Below are positions 28,294 through 36,689 of a DNA stretch of 40,423 nt, piece by piece; position 1 is the first letter of the stretch, and each line of letters opens with the position of its first letter. Made by a program: the position numbers and the translations under genes. The notes below the pieces were generated by a model, which worked only from the letters and a program-made list of their open reading frames with translations, ran no database searches and had not been told where the DNA came from. The stretch lies in assembly GCA_005884715.1 (NCBI GenBank), contig VAZZ01000210.1, forward strand, positions 1 through 40,423. The letters are read 5' to 3'. The stretch comes from Alphaproteobacteria bacterium (GTDB taxonomy: Bacteria; Pseudomonadota; Alphaproteobacteria; Rhizobiales; Aestuariivirgaceae).

Positions 28294-28401
28294 AAGAGGC
28301 ACGCATTTATTCGTGATCGGCCATGCCGGGGAGCCCGATGCTGTCCTACCCCAGATCCACTAAGACTTTGAAAATGCAAATCTTTTAATTTCACGGTGCC
28401 G

Positions 28402-28426
28402 GGAACAAACCTTCCGTGTCGGCGTT
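28402..28426 (+). promoter_or_regulatory. Putative sigma-EcfG (general stress response) promoter
   Basis: GGAAC-N16-CGTT, ending 33 nt upstream of ATG 28460. Confidence 0.7.
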
Positions 28427-28459
28427 GACAGGCATCGTTCCATCTGATGGGAGACGAGA

Positions 28460-28804
28460 ATGGATACCAATCCTCAATATCGCCAGAAGACCGATCCGAA
28501 GGTCGATCCGAATTTGCAATACAATACGGAAATCCGCTCCGGCAGCTCGAGCACCACCGGCTGGATCATTGGCGGCCTTATCGTGCTGGCGCTGATTGCG
28601 GCCTACTTCCTGTGGGGCGGCAGCGGAACACCGCCGCAGTCCCCGACGGGTACAACCACGGAACAACCGGTGACGCCACCTCAGCAGCCGGCAACGCCAA
28701 CCCCGAGCCAGCCGCAGGGCAGTAGCCAACAGCCGGCAACACCGCAACCCGCAACGCCTGCTCCAAAGGGCGGCACGACGGGCCAAGGAACGACCAATCC
28801 GTAG
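28460..28804 (+). CDS. Single-pass membrane protein with Pro/Gln/Thr-rich tail
   Basis: GGGAG RBS, TM helix WIIGGLIVLALIAAYFLW, QQPATP repeats, followed by a terminator. Confidence 0.75.
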   Translation: MDTNPQYRQKTDPKVDPNLQYNTEIRSGSSSTTGWIIGGLIVLALIAAYFLWGGSGTPPQSPTGTTTEQPVTPPQQPATPTPSQPQGSSQQPATPQPATPAPKGGTTGQGTTNP

Positions 28805-28841
28805 TCGTTAGTCTGTTAGTCCGCGTTCCTGATATTTGATT

Positions 28842-28872
28842 ACTCCGCCGCTTTCAAGCGGCGGAGTTTTTT
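28842..28872 (+). terminator. Rho-independent terminator
   Basis: ACTCCGCCGCT-TTCA-AGCGGCGGAGT plus TTTTT. Confidence 0.85.
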
Positions 28873-29048
28873 GTCTTCCGCATATCCCGAGTTTTAGCGC
28901 GCGTCGCACCTCCACGCCGAAGCTTCGCGCCCCCCGCTTCCCTCTTCATATGCGCTCCGCTATAAGACGCCACGAATTTCCGGAGCATCTCCGGCCCGAA
29001 CGCTTCTGGAGCCCGTAAGGCGAAGCGTTCTGTTTTTTGGAGCAAACC

Positions 29049-30914
29049 GTGTTCGAGCGTGTGTTCAGCTGGCTGGAAAGCCGGACCGATACGTTTCCGC
29101 CTGCGAAACCGACAAAGCCCGGCAGCACGCTGTGGGGCTTCGTCTGGCATTATACCAAGCCCTTCTGGCCGATGATCCTCATCTGCTCGGCTCTGGCCTC
29201 GTCCGTGGCGCTGATCGAGGTGTCGCTGTTCTCCTTCCTCGGCCGGCTGGTCGACTGGCTGGAAACCGCCAATCGCGAGACTTTCTGGGAAGACCATCAG
29301 GCGCGGCTCATCACCATGGCCATGCTGGTGCTCATCGTCCTGCCCTTCCTGAAATTCTGGTACGAAGCCGTCGTCCATCAGGGGCTTATCGGCAACTTCG
29401 CCATGCGCATCCGCTGGCTGGCGCACCGTTACGTGCTGCGCCAGAGCGTCGATTTCTTCCAGAACGATTTCGCCGGCCGCATCGCGACTAAGGTCATGCA
29501 GGCCGCCATGGGCACTCGCGACACGGTGATGAAGATTACCGAAGTGCTGGTCTATGTCGGCGTCTATTTCGCCGGCGCGGTCGTCACATTCGCCGCCAGC
29601 GACTGGCGCCTCGCCGTGCCGCTTCTCCTCTGGTTCATCGGCTATCTACTGGTCATGCGCCACTTCGTGCCGCTGCTCGGCGTGATGTCGAAGGCCCAGG
29701 CCGATGCGCGCTCGATGGTGACCGGGCGCATCGTCGACAGCTATACCAACATCGCGACCGTCAAGCTCTTCGCGCATGCCGACCGCGAGGATCTCTATGC
29801 CCGCGACGGCATGCGTCACATGCTCGACACCGTCTACAATTCCATGCGCACCACGACGCGCATGACGGTCGCGCTCAATGTCCTGAATGCGCTCTTGCTG
29901 TTCTCGACAGGTGTCCTCACCATCTGGCTGTGGTCGCTGAACGCCGTGACGACTGGCGTGCTTGCCTTCACGGTCAGTCTCATTTTGCGCATGCAGGGCA
30001 TGGCGCATTGGATCCTGTGGGAGGTCGCCGGCCTGTTTGAGGATATCGGCACCGTCCAGGACGGTATCGAAACCATCGCCCGTGAGCGCAGCCTCACGGA
30101 TATTGCGGATGCCAGGCCTTTGCGGGTCACCAAAGGCGAGATCAGGTTCGATGATGTCAGCTTCAACTATGGCAAGGCCATCGGGACGCAAAGCCCGGTC
30201 GTCGTCGACAATCTCACGCTGACGATCGCGCCCGGCGAAAAGGTCGGCCTTGTCGGGCGCTCCGGCGCCGGCAAGTCGACGCTCGTCAACCTGCTCTTAC
30301 GCTTCTACGATCTGCATGATGGCCGCATCGTGATCGATGGCCAGGATATTTCCAAGATCACCCAGGAGAGCCTGCGCGAGCAGATCGGGATGGTCACCCA
30401 GGACACGTCCCTGCTGCATCGCTCCGTCAAGGACAACATCGCTTATGGCCAGCCCGAGGCGGTCATGAACGAGATCGTCGAGGCGGCAAGGCGCGCCCAT
30501 GCCGATGAATTCATCCCGCATCTCATCGATCCGAAGGGCCGGCGCGCCTATGATGCGCATGTGGGCGAGCGCGGCGTGAAACTCTCCGGCGGGCAGCGCC
30601 AGCGCGTCGCCATTGCTCGCGTGCTGCTCAAGGATGCGCCCATTCTCATCCTCGATGAAGCCACGAGTGCGCTTGATTCGGAGATCGAGGCTGCCATCCA
30701 GGAGAGCCTCTACAATCTGATGGAAGGCAAGACGGTCATTGCGGTGGCGCATCGCCTCTCGACCATTGCCGCCATGGACCGCCTGGTCGTCATGGACAAG
30801 GGCCGCATTGTCGAGGAAGGCTCGCATGATGCATTATTGCGCAAGGGCGCGCTCTATGCCGATCTGTGGCGGCGCCAGTCCGGCGGCTTCCTCGCCCGCG
30901 AGGCGGCGGAATAG
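29049..30914 (+). CDS. ABC exporter, fused TMD-NBD (multidrug/MsbA-like)
   Basis: GRSGAGKST, LSGGQRQR, ILDEATSALD, AHRLST. GTG 29049 follows GGAG. Confidence 0.93.
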   Translation: MFERVFSWLESRTDTFPPAKPTKPGSTLWGFVWHYTKPFWPMILICSALASSVALIEVSLFSFLGRLVDWLETANRETFWEDHQARLITMAMLVLIVLPFLKFWYEAVVHQGLIGNFAMRIRWLAHRYVLRQSVDFFQNDFAGRIATKVMQAAMGTRDTVMKITEVLVYVGVYFAGAVVTFAASDWRLAVPLLLWFIGYLLVMRHFVPLLGVMSKAQADARSMVTGRIVDSYTNIATVKLFAHADREDLYARDGMRHMLDTVYNSMRTTTRMTVALNVLNALLLFSTGVLTIWLWSLNAVTTGVLAFTVSLILRMQGMAHWILWEVAGLFEDIGTVQDGIETIARERSLTDIADARPLRVTKGEIRFDDVSFNYGKAIGTQSPVVVDNLTLTIAPGEKVGLVGRSGAGKSTLVNLLLRFYDLHDGRIVIDGQDISKITQESLREQIGMVTQDTSLLHRSVKDNIAYGQPEAVMNEIVEAARRAHADEFIPHLIDPKGRRAYDAHVGERGVKLSGGQRQRVAIARVLLKDAPILILDEATSALDSEIEAAIQESLYNLMEGKTVIAVAHRLSTIAAMDRLVVMDKGRIVEEGSHDALLRKGALYADLWRRQSGGFLAREAAE

Positions 30915-30934
30915 AATCCAGCTGGTCAGCGCTG

Positions 30935-31781
30935 ATGCAATTCACCTTGACCATTGACGGGCTCACCGAGGCCACAGCGAGCGAACTCGCCACGCTCATC
31001 GAAGACCGCGAACCTGCGCCTCTCGCGGTCGCCCTCAACGAAACCGATGAGGCTGCTAAAATCTGGAATCTCGTAGCCTATTTCACTGACGAGACGGCAG
31101 CCCGCGACTGTGGCCGGCATCTCGCCGCCCTACCTGGGATCGACTGTTCGATTGCCGCTTTGCTCGATGTCGACTGGGTACGCCGCTCGCTAGAGGGCCT
31201 GGCGCCGGTGGTTGCCGGACGCTTCCATCTTTTTGGCTCATGCCGGAATGGCTTTCGGCACTGGCCATCATGGCACGACCTCGGGCTGCCTCCTGGCGCT
31301 TGATGGCCTTCTGAAGCGGACGACCCCGCGGCGCATCCTCGATGTCGGCTGTGGCACTGGCATATTGGCCATCGCCGCAGCGAGAGCCCTTCGCCGCCAC
31401 GCCATCGCGAACGACATCGACCCCAAGGCGGTCCATGTAACGCACGCCAATGCCCGCAATAATGATGCAGGCTCCTTGATTGCGGCTATCATCGCCCCTG
31501 GTCTCAGACACCACCGGATCGCCGAAGCCGCCCCCTATGACCTGATCTTCGCCAATATCCTGGCGCGCCCGCTGATTGCCCTCGCTGGCGATCTGACCCG
31601 AAGTCTTGCCCCCGGTGGCACGCTGATTCTCTCAGGCCTGACGCTCGATCAGGAACGGGCGGTGCGTGCCGCCTATCGCAATCGCGGTCTCATTCCGGGT
31701 AGCCCGATTCGTCTCGGCAACTGGTCAACGCTGGTTTTCGCCAAACAAAAAGCCCGCGGCGTTTCCGCCACGGGCATCTGA
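30935..31781 (+). CDS. prmA: Ribosomal protein L11 methyltransferase; frame broken at ~31240
   Basis: DWVRRSLEGLAPVVAGRF in one frame. AGMAFGTGHHGTT, LDVGCGTGILA, FANILA and LILSG in another. Confidence 0.88.
31743..31775 (-). terminator. Rho-independent terminator of the DUF1127 gene, inside the prmA 3' end
   Basis: Minus strand GCCCGTGGCG-GAAA-CGCCGCGGGC-TTTTTGTTT. Confidence 0.75.
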
Positions 31782-31802
31782 GTCGTAATCTATGAAGCTC
31801 GA

Positions 31803-32006
31803 TTAGTTGCCCCACACCATCCGGTGGATTTCCGAACGGCGCATGCCGATATCGGCCAGGAGGCGGTCATCGAGCGCCTGCAACTGACGCTCGGCGCGGT
31901 TGCGCGACACGTAGTTGACGACGCGGCTCGATACGCGGGTCAGGAAGTCGGGGGTTGCGCCAGCGCCATTGCGGCTGGTTTCGCGGTCGAAAGTGGTCGT
32001 AGTCAT
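31803..32006 (-). CDS. DUF1127 small arginine-rich protein
   Basis: RAERQLQALDDRLLADIGMRRSEI motif, AAGGAG RBS. Confidence 0.92.
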   Translation of the reverse strand: MTTTTFDRETSRNGAGATPDFLTRVSSRVVNYVSRNRAERQLQALDDRLLADIGMRRSEIHRMVWGN

Positions 32007-32078
32007 CGTTCTGCTCCTTGTTCATCGCACCGGACCAACGGCCCTTCGACAATCGCACCCGGTGAGGTGTTAACTGAT

Positions 32079-32170
32079 CTTGTGCACTGCACAAGCACGT
32101 TGGCTTATATGAGGGATGGTCAGGCCAGCACCAGTGGCGTCTCTAGAAAGCAGCCATGCGGAAAACTCAT
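32079..32170 (-). promoter_or_regulatory. Putative DUF1127 promoter with palindromic operator, -10 box and LysR-type box
   Basis: CTTGTGCA-C-TGCACAAG at 32079-32095, minus-strand CATATA at ~32103-32108, ATGCGGAAAACTCAT (T-N11-A) at 32156-32170. Confidence 0.5.
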
Positions 32171-32559
32171 AACTCCATTCACGTGCCGTTAACCGCGTTT
32201 GATGTCCGCGCCGCACGCTAGTTATTGATTTGAAAACACTACATTTACCGCAAGAATGACATGGTTCAGACACAAACGGAAAGCGATCGTTAATGGACCC
32301 ATAAATATTGATCATTCACGAATCGAGGCGATCTGAAGGGCTCGTCATGCCCGGAGAGCATAAGGTCAGCTGATTTGATCTTTTGCATTGCATAATAAAA
32401 TACAGCGCCGTTTTAAGTACATTGCACGCAGCGGGGGATGCAATGGCCCGCTATTTCCCGCCCGGAGCCGCCAAATCATGAAATCCAAACTGATGGCGAA
32501 TGATGTGATGGCCTATGTCAAGGCGCACAAGACGATCTCACACGTGGTCGAAGAAGTAG

Positions 32560-34236
32560 TTATCGATCCGCCGCCCGGCTCCACAACCTGATCTTGCCTC
32601 CGCGGCCGCGCAACTCATGCTCGCCCGTGTCCGTGAAATCCTTGGCCGCGTCTTCGCCCGCCTCGGCGCGCGCGGCTTGAATGACGCCATCGCTCGCCAG
32701 CACCGCGATATTGAGGGCACGCGTCATTTCCTGGATGCGGCTCGCCACATTGACCGTATCGCCGATGACCGCGAATTCCATACGCCTCTCGCTGCCGATG
32801 TCACCCAGCACCACATCGCCGTGATGGAGCCCGATGCCGAGATACATGGGCGGCAGACCGTTCTCGCGCCGCTTGCGGTTCCAGCGCGCGATCGCATCCG
32901 CCATGGCGCAGGCGCAAGCTAGCGCATTGGCGGCATCGCGGGGCCCCGCTTTCGGCGTGCCGAAGGTCGCCATGAGACCGTCGCCGAGGAACTTGTCGAG
33001 CGTGCCGCCATTGGCGAAGATGGCATTCTCGAACATCCGCAAGAGTTCGCGGAGCAGAGTCATGAGCTGCATCGGTGGCATTGCCGCGCTGATCGTCGTA
33101 TAGCCCCAGATATCGGCGAACAGCACGGTGACGCGCTGGGTACGCATCTCGTCGAGCCGTCCCCCCGTCTGCATCAGGCCGTCCACCATGTTGGGCGAGA
33201 AGTAACGCGCCAGATTGGCACGCTTCCGCTCGGCCTCGCAGAGCCGCCTCTGCACCTCCATTTGTCGCGTTATGTCGCGCAAGCCGCCGACGACGCGCCG
33301 GGGTCCCTCCTCGTCATAGACGATGAGGCCGCGCATCACGACCCATTGGGTCTGGCCGGGTTCAGGCTCAAACCGGCATTCGATGTCGAATGTCTCTTCG
33401 CGGCGCGCAAATTTATGCCGCATCGTGGCGCGCAGGAAATCGCCGTCGGTCTTGACGAAGAGATCGATCAACCCGTCGATGGTCGTGCCGAGACTTGCGG
33501 ACTTGCGTCCCAGCACCTCATGCAGGCGTGGCGAGAAGAAGGTTTTGCCGGTCCTGACGTCCCAGTCGAATAATCCGTCATTGGCGCCGCGCGCCGCGAG
33601 CGCATAGCGCTCCTCGGACAGCCTGATCTTCTCATCCGCCTGCTCGCGCTCGATGGCGCCCGCAATAAGAGCGGCGGCGGTCTTCAGCACATGGATTTCC
33701 TCCGAACTCCAGCTGCGCTCCTCCTTGCAGTCATCGAAGCCGAGAAAGCCCCACCATTTGCGCCCCACCATGATCGGCACCGAGATGAACGACAACGTGC
33801 CATGTTCGAGGAATACCTGGCGGGTATAGCCGGTGGTCTCGCTGAGCTTCGCATGCACGATCTCGCCCCGCTCGCGCTTGCTGGCCCATTCGCCGAGCTG
33901 CTGGGGATCATTTCCATCCGAGATCGGCATGTCCTGATAGCGCGGATCCGCGCTGATCGGGCCGAGCCCTTGATCGGCCCAGTCGAAGCGGCAGGACTGC
34001 ACCCGATGGCCCTGCGGTCCCGGATGCACTTCGAACAGCGTCACCCGGCTCATTTGCGTCGCTCGTCCAAGGCGCTTTAGGAGGTCTTTGACATGATCGC
34101 GCCAGTCGCCCGCCACCATGCGCGTCGCCGCATATGCAATGGCATCGAGCATCGCCAGGCGCCGTTTGGCCTCGATGATCGCCTCCGGGCCGACGACGGC
34201 CAAGAGATCCTGGTCGACAGGCGGTCTTGTCTTCAT
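32560..34236 (-). CDS. Class III adenylate cyclase with GAF and PAS domains
   Basis: GAF (ISVPI..WWGFLGFDDC..R.WS), SEERYALAARGANDGLFDWD PAS, FADI, DKFLGDG, GIGLHHG, IGDTVNVASR. Confidence 0.92.
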   Translation of the reverse strand: MKTRPPVDQDLLAVVGPEAIIEAKRRLAMLDAIAYAATRMVAGDWRDHVKDLLKRLGRATQMSRVTLFEVHPGPQGHRVQSCRFDWADQGLGPISADPRYQDMPISDGNDPQQLGEWASKRERGEIVHAKLSETTGYTRQVFLEHGTLSFISVPIMVGRKWWGFLGFDDCKEERSWSSEEIHVLKTAAALIAGAIEREQADEKIRLSEERYALAARGANDGLFDWDVRTGKTFFSPRLHEVLGRKSASLGTTIDGLIDLFVKTDGDFLRATMRHKFARREETFDIECRFEPEPGQTQWVVMRGLIVYDEEGPRRVVGGLRDITRQMEVQRRLCEAERKRANLARYFSPNMVDGLMQTGGRLDEMRTQRVTVLFADIWGYTTISAAMPPMQLMTLLRELLRMFENAIFANGGTLDKFLGDGLMATFGTPKAGPRDAANALACACAMADAIARWNRKRRENGLPPMYLGIGLHHGDVVLGDIGSERRMEFAVIGDTVNVASRIQEMTRALNIAVLASDGVIQAARAEAGEDAAKDFTDTGEHELRGRGGKIRLWSRAADR

Positions 34237-34330
34237 GCTTGCCGCTATCCGATTGAGTGAGTCGCGCCTCGCGGCTCCTCCGCTCTACAGTATCGCCGTA
34301 CCGAAGAAAACCGTCACTGACGCTTCCGTC

Positions 34331-34786
34331 TCAGGGTTTTACTGGGTAGCGGCTCGAAATGGCGATCCGGTTCCAGGCATTCATCACAATAGCGAGCCAT
34401 TCGACCGCGGCGATTTCCTGGTCATTGAGGATGGCAGCTGCCGCTTCATAGACATGATCCGGCACTTGTCCCTTCGCGACACAGGTGACCGCCTCGGTGA
34501 GCGTTAAGGCGGCCCGCTCCTTGGCGGTGAAATACCCCGATTCCCGCCAGGCGGTCAGAACGCTGACACGGTCGCTCGTCTCCCCGCCTTTTAGTGCATC
34601 GCGCGTATGCATACGCACGCAATAAGCGCATTGATTGAGCTGAGAGGCGCGCAACCTGAGCAAATGGGCGAATCCTTCGGCCAAGCCGGCCGCCGCCGCC
34701 AGATCCTTGGCGTGCTTATCGAGGCCGAGTACGCCCTGATAGAGCTCCGGCGATGCTTTGCCGAGATTGACGCGGGGGTTCTCCAT
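34331..34786 (-). CDS. Carboxymuconolactone decarboxylase/AhpD-like protein
   Basis: LRASQLNQCAYCVRMH, WRES..FT.KERAAL, MNAWNRI. ATG 34786 after AGGAGA. Confidence 0.9.
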   Translation of the reverse strand: MENPRVNLGKASPELYQGVLGLDKHAKDLAAAAGLAEGFAHLLRLRASQLNQCAYCVRMHTRDALKGGETSDRVSVLTAWRESGYFTAKERAALTLTEAVTCVAKGQVPDHVYEAAAAILNDQEIAAVEWLAIVMNAWNRIAISSRYPVKP

Positions 34787-34871
34787 GATATCTCCTGTCG
34801 CTGGACCTCGAGCAACATTGCAGGTCCTTGTCCGCTTTGACAGACCCTCGGGCTTCGCTTTAGATGCAGGC

Positions 34872-36689
34872 ATGTTTCAGTCATTTGACGACATCTCCGA
34901 AGGTCATCTCTCGCCTGAGCGCGTGACGCGCCTGCGCAACGAGCTCAAGCGCCGCAATCTCGACGGTTTCATCATTCCCCGCCAGGATGAATTCCAGGGC
35001 GAATATGTGGCGCCCTATGCCGAAAGGCTGCGCTGGCTCACCGGTTTTGCCGGCTCCTGGGGGCTTGCCATTTTGATGCTGGACCGCGGCGCCATCTTCG
35101 TCGATGGCCGCTATACCATCCAGGTTCGCAAGCAGGTAGACACGTCCATTTTCACGCCCCGTCATCTTGTCGAGGAGCCGCCGGCCGAATGGCTGGAGAA
35201 GGAGCTGAAACCCGGCGAGGTCGTGGGCTACGACCCCTGGCTCATGACGGCGGACCAGATCGCTCGCTTCGACAAGGCGGCCGCCAAGGCCGGCGCCAAG
35301 CTCGTTGCCCTCGACAGCAACCCGCTCGATGCCATCTGGACGGACCAGCCCACGCGGCCGATGAAGCCGGTCTCCGTCCAGCCCACACAGTTCTCCGGCA
35401 AAAGTTCCAAAGACAAGCTCAGCGATGTTTCGAAGAGTCTCGAGAAAGCCGGTGCTGATGCCGTGGTGCTGACCCAGCCCGATTCCGTCGCCTGGGCCTT
35501 CAATATCCGTGGCGGCGATGTCGCCTATACGCCCGTCGTGTTGAGCTACGCGATCCTCCATCGGCATGGCGAAGCCGAACTGTTCATCGATCAAACGAAA
35601 TTGCCGGAAGATGTGGTTGCTCACCTCAAGGGCACCGTTCGCCTAAAGGCACCGCAAGAGATCGAGGCTTCCCTCTCAGCCCTTGGCCGGAAGAAGGCCC
35701 GCGTCGCGATCGATCCCGATTGGGTGCCGGAGCGCATTCGCGCAGTCCTTGCCACCTCCGGCGCTGAGATCATTCATGCCCCCGATCCCACCCGTTTGCC
35801 CAAGGCGCGCAAGAATGCGATCGAGCAGGAAGGGGCGCGCGCCGCCCAAAAGCGGGACGGCGTTGCCATGTCGCGGTTCCTGTGCTGGCTCGACCAGGCG
35901 GCACCGAGCGGCGGGGAAGACGAAGTGACCGTCGCCCGGAAGCTGGCGGAGTTCCGCGCTGCGGGCGGCATGCTGAAGGATCTCTCCTTCGATTCGATAT
36001 CGGGTGTCGGCCCCAACGCCGCCATCCCCCATTATCGCGTTTCGAAGGCGTCCGCCTTGCCGCTGAAGCCGGGCCAGATCTATCTCATCGATTCGGGCGC
36101 CCAATATCAGGACGGCACGACGGACATCACGCGCACCGTTATCATCGGCGAGCCGACACATGAGATGAAGGATCGCTTCACTCGCGTGCTCAAAGGCATG
36201 ATCGCCCTGTCGCGCATCCGTTTCCCCAAGGGCACCTGCGGCAGCCAGCTCGATGTGCTGGCGCGCCAGCCGCAATGGATGGCGGGCCTCGATTTCGATC
36301 ATGGCACCGGTCATGGTGTGGGCAGCTACCTGTCCGTCCATGAGGGCCCTGCCCGCATCAACAAGTCGGATCGCACGCCGCTCGAGGCGGGCATGATCCT
36401 CTCCAACGAGCCCGGCTATTACAAGGAAGGTCAATATGGCATCAGGATCGAGAATCTCATCCTGGTGCGCGAGCCCGAGACGATTTCAGGCGGCGAGCGC
36501 CTGATGATGCAGTTCGAGACCTTGACCTTGTGCCCGATCGACCGGCGGCTGATCGAGCCGAGCCTCCTGCTGCCTGAAGAGCTCGCTTGGCTCAATGCCT
36601 ATCATGCCCGCGTCCTGCGCGAGATCGGCGCTTTCCTCGAAGGCGGCGAACTCGCCTGGCTCAACCAGGCCTGCGCACCTTTGAACTAG
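34872..36689 (+). CDS. Xaa-Pro aminopeptidase (aminopeptidase P, M24B)
   Basis: MFQSFD start, DEFQGEY, DSGAQYQDGTTDITRT, HGTGHGVG..LSVHEGP, SNEPGYY, GIRIENL. Confidence 0.94.
   Translation: MFQSFDDISEGHLSPERVTRLRNELKRRNLDGFIIPRQDEFQGEYVAPYAERLRWLTGFAGSWGLAILMLDRGAIFVDGRYTIQVRKQVDTSIFTPRHLVEEPPAEWLEKELKPGEVVGYDPWLMTADQIARFDKAAAKAGAKLVALDSNPLDAIWTDQPTRPMKPVSVQPTQFSGKSSKDKLSDVSKSLEKAGADAVVLTQPDSVAWAFNIRGGDVAYTPVVLSYAILHRHGEAELFIDQTKLPEDVVAHLKGTVRLKAPQEIEASLSALGRKKARVAIDPDWVPERIRAVLATSGAEIIHAPDPTRLPKARKNAIEQEGARAAQKRDGVAMSRFLCWLDQAAPSGGEDEVTVARKLAEFRAAGGMLKDLSFDSISGVGPNAAIPHYRVSKASALPLKPGQIYLIDSGAQYQDGTTDITRTVIIGEPTHEMKDRFTRVLKGMIALSRIRFPKGTCGSQLDVLARQPQWMAGLDFDHGTGHGVGSYLSVHEGPARINKSDRTPLEAGMILSNEPGYYKEGQYGIRIENLILVREPETISGGERLMMQFETLTLCPIDRRLIEPSLLLPEELAWLNAYHARVLREIGAFLEGGELAWLNQACAPLN

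Noticed and set aside
32185-32306. Possible CtrA boxes (TTAA-N7-TGAT, TTAA-N7-ATAA)
   Set aside because: Only half or mismatched sites in an AT-rich stretch, not distinguishable from chance.
34758-34871. Extended N-termini in the ORF track (aminopeptidase P, AhpD-like, mepA, GNAT, PhyH, prmA)
   Set aside because: Most overlap neighbouring genes. Downstream starts with an RBS or family-typical N-termini fit better.
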